Source of the DNA: Candidatus Latescibacterota bacterium
GTDB taxonomy: Bacteria; Latescibacterota; UBA2968; UBA8231
Length of the DNA stretch: 64,000 nucleotides
Direction: 5' to 3'
Assembly (NCBI GenBank): GCA_965215195.1
Contig: CBDCDC010000002.1
Location: forward strand, 256,001-320,000
Shown here piece after piece: positions 8,953 through 17,702 of this stretch; positions within the stretch are counted from its first letter, which is position 1; every line of letters begins with the position of its first letter. The translations under genes were made by a program, and so were the position numbers. The notes beneath the pieces are model-generated. The model searched no databases. It saw only the letters and a program-made list of their open reading frames with translations, and was not told where the DNA came from.

Positions 8953-9484
8953 GGAAGCTGTCCATGTCCGGCGCGATGGACTGCCCGCGCTCCAAGTCGA
9001 AGTCTATTTCCACGGAGTGCGCTTGGTAATTTTGGTCGCCGCGCGTGGTTTGGTACACGTCGTGGCCCTCGACGCAGATGGGCATGGTGTGCCACACCCC
9101 GAGGTGCAAGCAGACGCCCATGTCGCCGGCCGAGTAAAAAGCGCGCAGTTCCTCGGCTTGGATGTCGGCTTGGATCGCCCCGACGATAAACACGCTCGGC
9201 GAGTGCAAGCTGGGGTAAAACGACTGGCCAGCGTCCGTGTGAAAGGCAAAATGGGCGCGTTCTAGTCCCTCGGAGATGGGCACGCGCTGGGGGTGGGGCG
9301 CGTACCAGCCGGGGCCATCTTTGGGCTCGGGGCCGGGCGTGGCGAGGACCGGGTAGGCGTTGGTCGCATAACCGCCTTTGACCTTGTCCGGCTTGCGTTC
9401 CTCAAAGGTGCGAATGACGTGGCCGAAGGGAGCAAACGGCTCGGGCGCGAGCCGTTCGACTGGGATTTTCACGAGGTTCCACAT
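8942..9484 (-). CDS. Ureidoglycolate lyase-like (AllA-type cupin) protein, paralog 1
   Basis: IPVERLAPEPFAPFGHVI, H..AGQSFYP, LRAF and GVWHTMP. Confidence 0.65.
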   Translation of the reverse strand: MWNLVKIPVERLAPEPFAPFGHVIRTFEERKPDKVKGGYATNAYPVLATPGPEPKDGPGWYAPHPQRVPISEGLERAHFAFHTDAGQSFYPSLHSPSVFIVGAIQADIQAEELRAFYSAGDMGVCLHLGVWHTMPICVEGHDVYQTTRGDQNYQAHSVEIDFDLERGQSIAPDMDSFRGA

Positions 9485-9553
9485 GGCAATCTCCTTTGGA
9501 AGTGGTTCGTGTCCGGTGGCCAGCCCCGGTCCCAAGTTGGAGAGAACTGGCCA

Positions 9554-10798
9554 CTATTCAAGGCCCAAGGCGGCGTCTATCTCCGCTTGGTAGGCGTACG
9601 ATTGGCAGGATTCGACCGCGCTGAGCGACACCGGGCCGCCGGCGCACCACGACTCAAACACCGCGTAGAGCGCGGCCACGTCCTTAAGGCCGCAGCGACC
9701 ATCCACTTCGACCGTGCGCTGGCCGCGAATGGCTTCGGCCATTTCGTGCAGCTCGTACGCGATCAGTTTTAGATCGACGAGCGGGTCGCCGGCCGAGACT
9801 CCGCTCGGAAAGAGGTAGTGAGTCAGCGGGTCGAATGCCAGCCCCGCGCCCTCAGCAGACGCGAGGATGGCCTCTTGGCTTAGCGCCTCGGCTCCGTGCC
9901 GCTCAAGCGTTATGCGCCCTCCGCGCACACCAAAGCCGTCAATGCTGCCGTCGGGGCCCATGATTAGTTCGCGGTGCGCCCCCGCGTGGCCGGCGATCCC
10001 GACGAGCCAGTTCAGGGTCGCGCCGCTGGCCATTTTGAAAATTGCTTGGGTCATATCCTCGGCCGCAGCGGGTATGCGCTCTGGCATGGCCGCGAAGCGC
10101 TTTTTGTAGAATGCGTAGTCCATGGACATGGCCGCCGATTTTTGCCGCTCCGGTTCCACCAGCCGCGCATCGGCATAGACTTCGGCAATCTCGCCTAACT
10201 GGTAGCGGATCATGTGAGTAAAATGCACGGCCATGTCGAGGATAAAGCCGCCGAGTTCGCGGCGGTGTCGCCACGGGGAGATGAAAATGGAATTGCCCGC
10301 GCCCAGCGAATGGTACAACCCCATGTAGGGCGTGCCGATGGCACCGGTGTCGATTAGGTGGCGCACGATGCGGGCCGAAGGGTCGCGGCGGAAATTTTCG
10401 GCCACCGCGACAATGCGCTGATTGCGCGCGGCTGCGTCGAGGATCCGCTGGCAGGCCCGCACTGTGATGGCCAGCGGCTTTTCCACCAGCACGTGCAATC
10501 CCAAGTCGAGGGCTTCGCAGACGACGGTGTGATGCACCGCAGGATCCGTCACCACATCTACGCCCTCCAAGTCCGGCACCTGCTGTACCATCTCCTCCAT
10601 ATCGGTGCAGACCTCGGGGCGGGTCCCGAGGAGCCTTTCGGCTTCGGCCGCGGCCATTGCGGCGTTTTCCGCGCGGATGTCGCAGACCGCGCTCAGTTCG
10701 ACTGCGTCGAAGGGGGAGTCGGCTAGCTGCTTGAGGCCGTGTACATGGCGGGTGCCCATGCCGCCGCAGCCGACGAGGGCCAAGCGCACCTTGTCCAT
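9554..10798 (-). CDS. Gfo/Idh/MocA family oxidoreductase
   Basis: LVGCGGMG, HVLVEKPLA, AENFRR and GGFILDMAVH. Confidence 0.9.
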   Translation of the reverse strand: MDKVRLALVGCGGMGTRHVHGLKQLADSPFDAVELSAVCDIRAENAAMAAAEAERLLGTRPEVCTDMEEMVQQVPDLEGVDVVTDPAVHHTVVCEALDLGLHVLVEKPLAITVRACQRILDAAARNQRIVAVAENFRRDPSARIVRHLIDTGAIGTPYMGLYHSLGAGNSIFISPWRHRRELGGFILDMAVHFTHMIRYQLGEIAEVYADARLVEPERQKSAAMSMDYAFYKKRFAAMPERIPAAAEDMTQAIFKMASGATLNWLVGIAGHAGAHRELIMGPDGSIDGFGVRGGRITLERHGAEALSQEAILASAEGAGLAFDPLTHYLFPSGVSAGDPLVDLKLIAYELHEMAEAIRGQRTVEVDGRCGLKDVAALYAVFESWCAGGPVSLSAVESCQSYAYQAEIDAALGLE

Positions 10799-10801
10799 TG
10801 G

Positions 10802-11320
10802 CTACTCCTGCCAGTTGGGGACGCGGCTCATGTCGGGCAGCAGGGCCAAGCCGCGGTCTTGGTCGAAGTGGACATCAACCGAGTGGTCGCGATAGTTCTG
10901 GTTGCCGCGCGCGGTTAGGTACACCTCCTCGCCGCGCAGGCACACCGGCATGGTGTGCCACACCTTTAGGTTCATGCAGATGCCGGTGCTGCCGTCCGAG
11001 TAAAAGGCGCGCAGATCCTCCGGCTCGATCATGGGCTGGACCGGAGCCACGAAAAAGACGGTTGGGCAGTGCCGGCTCGGATAGAAGGACTGCCCGGCAT
11101 CGTCGTGAAAGGCAAAGTGCGCCCGCAGCCGGCCCTCGGATAGGTCGAGCTGATCGGATGTGGGGTCTTTGACCTCGGCCCGCACGCTGTACGCACGCTC
11201 GATTAGCTCGCCTACCACGACCTCGGGTTTGGCCTCGTCAAAAGTGGAGATGACTTGCCCGAAAGGGGCAAAGGCCGAGGGAGTCAGCGGCTCTACGGGA
11301 ACCTTGAGAATTTTTAGCAC
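10802..11320 (-). CDS. Ureidoglycolate lyase-like protein, paralog 2
   Basis: VEPLTPSAFAPFGQVI, RAHFAFH.DAGQSFYPS and VWHTMP. Confidence 0.65.
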   Translation of the reverse strand: MLKILKVPVEPLTPSAFAPFGQVISTFDEAKPEVVVGELIERAYSVRAEVKDPTSDQLDLSEGRLRAHFAFHDDAGQSFYPSRHCPTVFFVAPVQPMIEPEDLRAFYSDGSTGICMNLKVWHTMPVCLRGEEVYLTARGNQNYRDHSVDVHFDQDRGLALLPDMSRVPNWQE

Positions 11321-11336
11321 GGCAACGCTCCTTTTG

Positions 11337-12854
11337 TCAGAAGGCCAGCAGCATCGGCCCCATTCGCTCTAGCAAGAGGGCCCGGTAGCGCTCGGCTTTG
11401 GCCACTTGCAGCCGTTCGAGCGAGTTAAAGTCGTCGGTGATGAGTTCGCCCTCAGCGGGCATGGGATATTCGTGCGCTGCGAGCCAGTCGGCTGCCGCGT
11501 CGAGGGAAATCGGCTGCTGCGACGCCAAGAACACAAAGTCGTTAAACGCTTCGCCCGGCAGCGAGACGAGGGCCAGTTGATGCGGATAGACCTCGCCCAG
11601 CGTCCGGTACACGGCCGCCGCGGCCGCGGCCTCTGGCCCCTCGGTAAAGCCGACGAAGTTCAAGGCCAAGAGCCCGTCGTCTTTGAGGAGCCGGTTGAGG
11701 TCGTCGAGCATTTCGACGCTCAGCAGGTGGCTGGGCACGGACCCGCCGGTAAAGCAGTCGTGGACGATGAAGTCGTATTGCTGGTCGAGGCGGCGGATTT
11801 CGTAGCGGGCGTCGCCGACCCGCAGCGTACCCGATGGCTCGTAGAGAAAGTATTGCTGCGCGGCTTTGGCCACCTCGGGGTCCAGCTCTAGGGCGTCCGT
11901 GGCAATGCCTTGGGCCGCAAACGCCATGGCAATGTAGCCTCCGCCGAGGCCGATCAGCAGTGCGTTGCGCCCCTGCGGGTGTAACTGGGGCAGGGCGGCG
12001 ATGATTTTTTGGTAGCTGAGCACTGGCCCGTGCGTGTCGAGCCGCAGCGCGCTGATGACCGAAGCGTCCGACAGCATCCACCGCACCCGGCGGGCGCGGT
12101 CATCGACGACCCGCACCCAGCCGTAGTGGCTTTCGGCTTGATGGACTAGGCGATAATCGCCGTATCCGGTCGGCCCCGCGCCGGTTTGCAGCCACAGCCC
12201 CGCGCCGGTCGCAATCGCCGCGGCTGCGACCGGCCCCAGCACTGCGTGCCCCCACCGCCGCTCGTACAGTGCCACGACGAGTGCCAACAGGATCAAGGCC
12301 GCGCTGACTCCGCAGAGAATCACCCGCGACCCAAGGGCCGGCAGCAAGAAAAAACCCAACAGCAAAGTGCCCGCCACGCTGCCGACCGTGCTGACCGCAA
12401 AGACCGAGCCGGCCGCCATGCCCACGCCCGCCCGCCGCCGCGCCGCCAGCTCAATCACCTGCGGCCCCACCATCCCGAGACAGGTCAGCGGCAGGGCGAA
12501 AAGGAGCAGGGCACTGGTAAAGGCCCCGGCGCGCAGCCCCAGATCATTGGTCCACAGCAAAACTGGGCGGCAGACAAGCGGAATCGCGGCCGTCGTCAGC
12601 CCGGCGAGTGCTATGGCGTGGGAAAGCCGAAAGCGCGTCTGCTTGTCGGCAACCAAGCCCCCGAGAAAATAGCCCAGTGCCAAGGCGATCAAAGCGACGG
12701 ATATGAGTGCCGACCACACGTAGAGACTGACCCCGTAAAAGGGGCCGATGACGCGCGTGCCCAACAGCTCTAGCATCATCACCGCGGCCCCGGAGATGGT
12801 GACGGTGCCGTAGAGCAGCAGCCGATCCGGGTGAGTTGTGCGTTCTTCAGTCAT
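11337..12854 (-). CDS. Fused MFS-like membrane domain / spermidine synthase-like methyltransferase
   Basis: SGAAVMMLELLGTRVIGPFYGVSLYVWS; LLIGLGGG, ELDPEV, GDAR, YDFIVHDCF, PSHLLSVE and LITDD. Confidence 0.85.
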   Translation of the reverse strand: MTEERTTHPDRLLLYGTVTISGAAVMMLELLGTRVIGPFYGVSLYVWSALISVALIALALGYFLGGLVADKQTRFRLSHAIALAGLTTAAIPLVCRPVLLWTNDLGLRAGAFTSALLLFALPLTCLGMVGPQVIELAARRRAGVGMAAGSVFAVSTVGSVAGTLLLGFFLLPALGSRVILCGVSAALILLALVVALYERRWGHAVLGPVAAAAIATGAGLWLQTGAGPTGYGDYRLVHQAESHYGWVRVVDDRARRVRWMLSDASVISALRLDTHGPVLSYQKIIAALPQLHPQGRNALLIGLGGGYIAMAFAAQGIATDALELDPEVAKAAQQYFLYEPSGTLRVGDARYEIRRLDQQYDFIVHDCFTGGSVPSHLLSVEMLDDLNRLLKDDGLLALNFVGFTEGPEAAAAAAVYRTLGEVYPHQLALVSLPGEAFNDFVFLASQQPISLDAAADWLAAHEYPMPAEGELITDDFNSLERLQVAKAERYRALLLERMGPMLLAF

Positions 12855-14205
12855 GCTCGCTGTTTTCTTTGGCGGCTTGCGCGAGTTGTTCGTAGCGCTG
12901 CATAGCGGCGGTCGCCCGTGCGCCCCGCCCTTGGCTCTGGTAGAGACGCGCTAGGTGGAAATGGGCGTCCGCGTAGTCCGGCTCTAGGCGGAGTGCTTTG
13001 GCGAGGGCTTGGTGCGCCCGTTGCACGTCGCCGCCTAGCATGTAAGCCGCTCCGAGGTTGGTGTAGCCCTTGGCGTAGCGCGGGTTGAGCGACAAGGCGA
13101 TCTCGTAGTGTTCGATGGCCTCGGCGACGCGGCCCTGCCGCAACAATACATTGGCGAGGTTGTTGCGCGCACTTAGATCTTGGTCGTTGATGCGGAGTGC
13201 GGCCGCGTACTCGACGCCAGCCTCGGCGTAGCGACCCAAGCCGCCGTAGAGTACGCCGAGGTTGTAATGCGCGTTGGCGTCGTCGGGATAGAGGCTGAGG
13301 ATGTAGCGGAACCGCTCAATGTTGTCATACGCGGGTTGGATGCGCTGGAAGGTGGCCAATAGCTTCTCGCCCTGCTCTGCGTCTCCTTGGCGCGTCAAGA
13401 GGCTGCCGAGTCGGTGGTATGCCTCGGGATCAAAGGGGTCGAGGGCAATGGCGCGGGCAAAGAGCTGCTCGGCCTCGTGGGCGTGGCCCTGCTGGGCGCG
13501 CACTTGGCCAAGCCCGATGTACGGTGCTGCGTCGTCCGGGTGCAGGCCCATGGCCCGCGCGAAGTTGGCGGCCGCTGCTGAGAGCTGGCCCTGCTTGTGC
13601 TGGATTTGCCCCAGTCGGAGATAGGCGTCGCCGTATGCAGTGTCGATTTCCGCGGCGCGGGCGAACGCACGGCTGGCCGCGCCGTATTGCGCTTGGCGCT
13701 CGTATAGTACGCCGAGGTTGTAGTGAATGGCTGCATCGTCGGCGGCCCGCGCCTGCGCTTGCTGCAAGACCGCGACCGCTTCGGCGTAGCGGCTGTCGTC
13801 CGCGTAGGCAATGGCCAGCTTGCGGTAGAGATCGATGCGGTCGGGGGCGGTGGCGAGGCCCTCTTGGTAGGTGGTTGCCGCATCGGCGTTGCGCCGCTGC
13901 CGCACGTAAATGTCGCCCAAGAGGACATAGGCGTCGGTGTGGTCGGGGGCCAGCGCGACGGCCTGTTCGGCTAGCTGGGACGCCAGCCCCAAGCGCCCTT
14001 GGATCAAGTCGAGGCGGGCCAGCAGCAGGCGGGCCGCGAGGTGCTGGCTGTCTGCTGAGAGCACCTGCTTGCAGACTGCGACTGCTGCGGTGTACTCGCC
14101 GGCGGCAAGCAGGCGCTGGGCTTCGTCGAAGCGGTCGTTTGGTTCGCTTGGGTTGCCGCAGGCCGCGAGCAGTGCGGCCACCCAAATCCTAAACCTGAGA
14201 ATCAT
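12847..14205 (-). CDS. Tetratricopeptide repeat lipoprotein
   Basis: LAAC lipobox; many TPR units (AHYNLGVLY, ARNNLANVL, GYTNLGAAY). Confidence 0.85.
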   Translation of the reverse strand: MILRFRIWVAALLAACGNPSEPNDRFDEAQRLLAAGEYTAAVAVCKQVLSADSQHLAARLLLARLDLIQGRLGLASQLAEQAVALAPDHTDAYVLLGDIYVRQRRNADAATTYQEGLATAPDRIDLYRKLAIAYADDSRYAEAVAVLQQAQARAADDAAIHYNLGVLYERQAQYGAASRAFARAAEIDTAYGDAYLRLGQIQHKQGQLSAAAANFARAMGLHPDDAAPYIGLGQVRAQQGHAHEAEQLFARAIALDPFDPEAYHRLGSLLTRQGDAEQGEKLLATFQRIQPAYDNIERFRYILSLYPDDANAHYNLGVLYGGLGRYAEAGVEYAAALRINDQDLSARNNLANVLLRQGRVAEAIEHYEIALSLNPRYAKGYTNLGAAYMLGGDVQRAHQALAKALRLEPDYADAHFHLARLYQSQGRGARATAAMQRYEQLAQAAKENSEHD

Positions 14206-15859
14206 ACATGGCCGCGAGGTGATCCCGGTAGATGGAGATGTTCGCGGTGTGCTTTTCGCGCAAGTGGCTGGTCAGCGCACCGTAGAGGCGGTTTTCCTCC
14301 TCTTTGGTCCACCAGTAGCGCACCTGTTTTTCCACCTCTTCGTAGGGCTTTGGTGCGGCGGCCGTTTTGTGCAGCACCTCGAACAGGGAGAAGCCGCCTT
14401 GGCGGTGCTCGGTTGCTGCAATTTCGATGGGGCCGGTCAGCACCCCTACTTCCGCCTCGAGGGCTGCGGTCAGCAACTCGCCGAAAGCCACCCGCTCAAA
14501 GGAGTGAATGTGGAAGGAACCTGCGGCGTGGCCTTGGCGGATGCTGTGCTGCGCCGCCAACTCGCCCATGTCGGCACCGGCCCGGATCTGTGCGGCGAGG
14601 GCCTCGGCTTCTGCGCGGGTGGCGACGAGGATTTCTCGCACCTCTAGGGTTTGGTCTTCCATAAAGCGGTGTGAATTGGCCTCGTAGTAGCGCCTGAGCG
14701 CGTCTTCGCTCAGATCGACGCGCGCTTGTACGCGGCGGGCGCGCAGCTCATCCACGAGCATGGCGCGCTTCTTGCGCTTTAGCCAATCGACGATCTGCGG
14801 CTCTTGGGCCAGCCCGCGGTGCTCGATCTCCAGTGGAAAAAGCACTTCGGGCACGAGATAGAGCCGGACGAATTCGTCTAGGCCGCTGCTGTCGGCGCGT
14901 ACGCGAGCGACTCGGCTCACCTTTGGATAGAGCGCGTTGAAGTCGGCTTGCGCGATTTGTCCGCCGTTATAGCGGCCGAGGACGCCGGCAGGGTCCATAT
15001 CGGCCACTGTGCCGGCCGCGACGTTTGCGGCGAGATTGACCACGGCGCGGGCGTCTAGATCGACCTCGTATGCCCGCATCAATTCGGCGACAAGGGCCCG
15101 GCGGCGCTCGCCGTGGGCGGCCAGCAGCGCACCTTGGGAAAAGACGAGGTAATAGCTAGCGGGTGCCGGGCGTTCGTCCAAGACCTTGTATAGGTCGTGG
15201 TAATCCCCGACCACAAACGGTGCGCTGACCTCGCCTTTGGCCAAGTCAAAGATGGCTTCGGCCACCTCTAGGGGGACCTCCAAGGCGTCGAGATTACCGC
15301 GCCCGAAGTAGGATTCCAACACGCCTTGGTGCCGCCCATCTTGGCGGTGGGTCAGGTGTGCGCCGGACAACTCCGCAAAGGGGGTGCCGCCCTCTAGCTG
15401 GCGCAACACCTGCGCGGCTTCGTCGGCCGTGGCCGAGCGAATGCGCGCCAACTTCAGGAGCCGATTCCACTTACTCTCGCTCCACTGCCGCTTTATTTCC
15501 TCCGGCGACAGGTCAATTTTGTCTTGGATTTCTAACTGGATGAATTCTTCAAAGAGCTTGTTCTCGCGCGCCTCGGCCCATTTTTCGGCAAAGCTCGAGT
15601 CGGCCGCGAGCGGCTGGGCCTCCAGCAGCAGCAGTTCCATGTCGATCATGGCTTGGAGGTATTCGTCGAGCGCCTCAATGCCTTCCTTCTCGGAGAGCAA
15701 GAGGGCGGGCATAGTGCCCTTAAAGCGCAGTACGTCCTCAAAGGTAATATCGACTTGGCCGACGCGGGCGACGACGCTTTTGTCAACTGGGGAGAAACTG
15801 CAAGCGGCAATGAGCGACAAACAGCCGATTGCGCGTATTGCCTTAGCTCTTGTCTGCAC
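14189..15859 (-). CDS. SurA/PrsA-like parvulin peptidyl-prolyl isomerase lipoprotein (cluster A)
   Basis: IAAC lipobox after a probable GTG at 15859 (the ORF extends to 15898); VVARVG..IT, VREILVAT..EAE..GADMGELAAQHS. Confidence 0.75.
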   Translation of the reverse strand: MQTRAKAIRAIGCLSLIAACSFSPVDKSVVARVGQVDITFEDVLRFKGTMPALLLSEKEGIEALDEYLQAMIDMELLLLEAQPLAADSSFAEKWAEARENKLFEEFIQLEIQDKIDLSPEEIKRQWSESKWNRLLKLARIRSATADEAAQVLRQLEGGTPFAELSGAHLTHRQDGRHQGVLESYFGRGNLDALEVPLEVAEAIFDLAKGEVSAPFVVGDYHDLYKVLDERPAPASYYLVFSQGALLAAHGERRRALVAELMRAYEVDLDARAVVNLAANVAAGTVADMDPAGVLGRYNGGQIAQADFNALYPKVSRVARVRADSSGLDEFVRLYLVPEVLFPLEIEHRGLAQEPQIVDWLKRKKRAMLVDELRARRVQARVDLSEDALRRYYEANSHRFMEDQTLEVREILVATRAEAEALAAQIRAGADMGELAAQHSIRQGHAAGSFHIHSFERVAFGELLTAALEAEVGVLTGPIEIAATEHRQGGFSLFEVLHKTAAAPKPYEEVEKQVRYWWTKEEENRLYGALTSHLREKHTANISIYRDHLAAMYDSQV

Positions 15860-16595
15860 GCCGAGTCCGGGCGTAGTACACTTCGCGCTGGAAATCATAG
15901 GGGATATCCACGGTCTCCACAGGCGCGTCGCGGAAGTCGAATCTCAGCACCATATCGCGGACCCATAGCGTGAATTCCTCGACGTCGCGGTCGAGCGGGG
16001 GAAAGACCAAATACCCCTCTTGCTCTTGGCCGCTGAAGATCACGTCGTCGGCAAACAGGGTGCGCTGCAAGAGATCGCGCCGCGCCTTGAACCCCTTGCG
16101 CGCATTGCCGCCGTAGGCTTGGGCGTAGGGCCAATAGTACTCGGTCAGGGCGAGGAGAGTGAGCGCTTGGTAGCGACGCCCGTTGGGGGCGATCAATTCG
16201 ATGTTGGCTGGATTTAGGCGCACCTTGGGATAGGCGTAGTTTTTGACCTTGACTAAAAACACGGTAAACCGCGTCGGGGCCTCCGCTTCGCCGGGCGGCG
16301 TCCAGTCGCCATAGGTGTAGGGATTGGTCGCCACTGCGTAGGGGTTGGGCAGGATAAAGCCCGCAGGGGCCTCTGAGACGCCGGTGAATTGCCGGTTCAG
16401 GGCTGCGGACGACATGGGCAACATGGCTACCTCTAGGCGGTCTTTGACGAAAGTGATGCTGTGATCGTCGCCGACCAAGTAGTTGTCGTCCGCGATTTCT
16501 GCGGGCACGACCGGGCCGGTAAAGTGCCGATACCCGAACTTCAAGCCGCATCCGGCGAGCGCGATTAGCAGGAGCAAGCTACCCAATTTCTTCAT
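15843..16595 (-). CDS. Conserved uncharacterised lipoprotein (cluster A; paralog of 54673-55437)
   Basis: LAGC lipobox; NPYTYGDW..VKNYAYPKV..FSGQ..EGYLVF..LRFDFR..PVET. Confidence 0.75.
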   Translation of the reverse strand: MKKLGSLLLLIALAGCGLKFGYRHFTGPVVPAEIADDNYLVGDDHSITFVKDRLEVAMLPMSSAALNRQFTGVSEAPAGFILPNPYAVATNPYTYGDWTPPGEAEAPTRFTVFLVKVKNYAYPKVRLNPANIELIAPNGRRYQALTLLALTEYYWPYAQAYGGNARKGFKARRDLLQRTLFADDVIFSGQEQEGYLVFPPLDRDVEEFTLWVRDMVLRFDFRDAPVETVDIPYDFQREVYYARTRRADKS

Positions 16596-16622
16596 GGCTA
16601 CTCTCGCTTCTTTGTACAAGAC

Positions 16623-16646
16623 GAGGAGGGGCGGCGGCCCCTCCTC
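16623..16646. terminator. GC-rich intergenic hairpin (terminator or mRNA stabiliser)
   Basis: GAGGAGGGGC-GGCG-GCCCCTCCTC 10-bp stem; no U-tract on the minus strand. Confidence 0.5.
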
Positions 16647-16677
16647 TCTTTGTAGATAGCTGGTGTAGCAGCCTTGT

Positions 16678-17592
16678 TTAGTCGAGCTGGTTGTTCAAAT
16701 GGCTCTTGACTCGCCCCCAACTCGTGGCTTCGACGGCCGTGTCTTCCTCGGGTTCGTCGGCTTCCAGCAAGATGTAGTCGAGCATCTGGTCGCCCTTCTG
16801 GTCTTGGCCTGTGGAGCCGCCCAGCGGATAGAGCTGGTGCTTGGCCCCGGTCTCGCCGCCGTCGCCGTCGAGCGGACGTACGCCGATGTGGGTCACTTGG
16901 TCATTTTCAAATATGTGCCGAATCGCCTCGTCTTGCGTCACGCCGTGGATATCCCAAAAGGCGTTGCGGAACTCAAAGGTGTAGGAGACGTTGGTCGAGA
17001 AGTGCTCGGCATCCGGCGGATTGACGGTCCAAGCGATCTCAAAGATGTCGCCCGTAGGCTCGCCTTCAAACATGTCCGAGCTCCAGCCGATCGGCGGCAG
17101 GTCGATGTATTCGAGCAAGCTGTTGTACGCCACGGGCTGGCCCGGCAGCGGCTTGATGCGCAGGTGATAGCGCTGGGCGTTGAGGACCTGATCGACGTTT
17201 TCGCCCAAGAAGTCGCCGCCCGAATGGTCCGGGTCGAAGGTGATTTGGATGCAGTCGTCGTTCCACCAGCGCTTCTGGTCTTCTTCGATCAGGCGCAGAG
17301 TGTCGTCTTGAACGCGGATAAAGAAGTAGAAGCGATTGTCCGGCGGTTCGCTCCACGCCATCAGAATGCTGACGTCGTAGTCTTCCTTGGCGATGGTCTC
17401 GCCCCCGGCGGTGAACATGCCCTCGGTCGTGAGGATGAACTCCTCGTCCAGCCAGCCCCAATCGTCTTCGAGGCCGTCGATAGTCATGGCGCTGGGGTTG
17501 GGTACGCCTGGGATGAAGTACTCAGCGCCGACGTGCGCATTGGCCGGGCTGGCCAAGGCGCAAACGACAAAAAGAAAAAGGAACTTTTTCAT
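16678..17592 (-). CDS. Secreted acidic CBM9/DOMON-like protein with a C-terminal TAVEATSWGRVK tail
   Basis: Signal peptide; TIDGLEDDW, FYFFIRVQDD and WNDDCIQITFDPDHSGG. Confidence 0.6.
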   Translation of the reverse strand: MKKFLFLFVVCALASPANAHVGAEYFIPGVPNPSAMTIDGLEDDWGWLDEEFILTTEGMFTAGGETIAKEDYDVSILMAWSEPPDNRFYFFIRVQDDTLRLIEEDQKRWWNDDCIQITFDPDHSGGDFLGENVDQVLNAQRYHLRIKPLPGQPVAYNSLLEYIDLPPIGWSSDMFEGEPTGDIFEIAWTVNPPDAEHFSTNVSYTFEFRNAFWDIHGVTQDEAIRHIFENDQVTHIGVRPLDGDGGETGAKHQLYPLGGSTGQDQKGDQMLDYILLEADEPEEDTAVEATSWGRVKSHLNNQLD

Positions 17593-17702
17593 GCTTTCCC
17601 TCCGTGGGATTGGTGATGTAGCTACCGACGATTCATCTTATAGAAAGCCCTATACTACATTTTTTGCGGGTGCTTAGCAAGCGCAATTTTCGCCGTTCCC
17701 GC

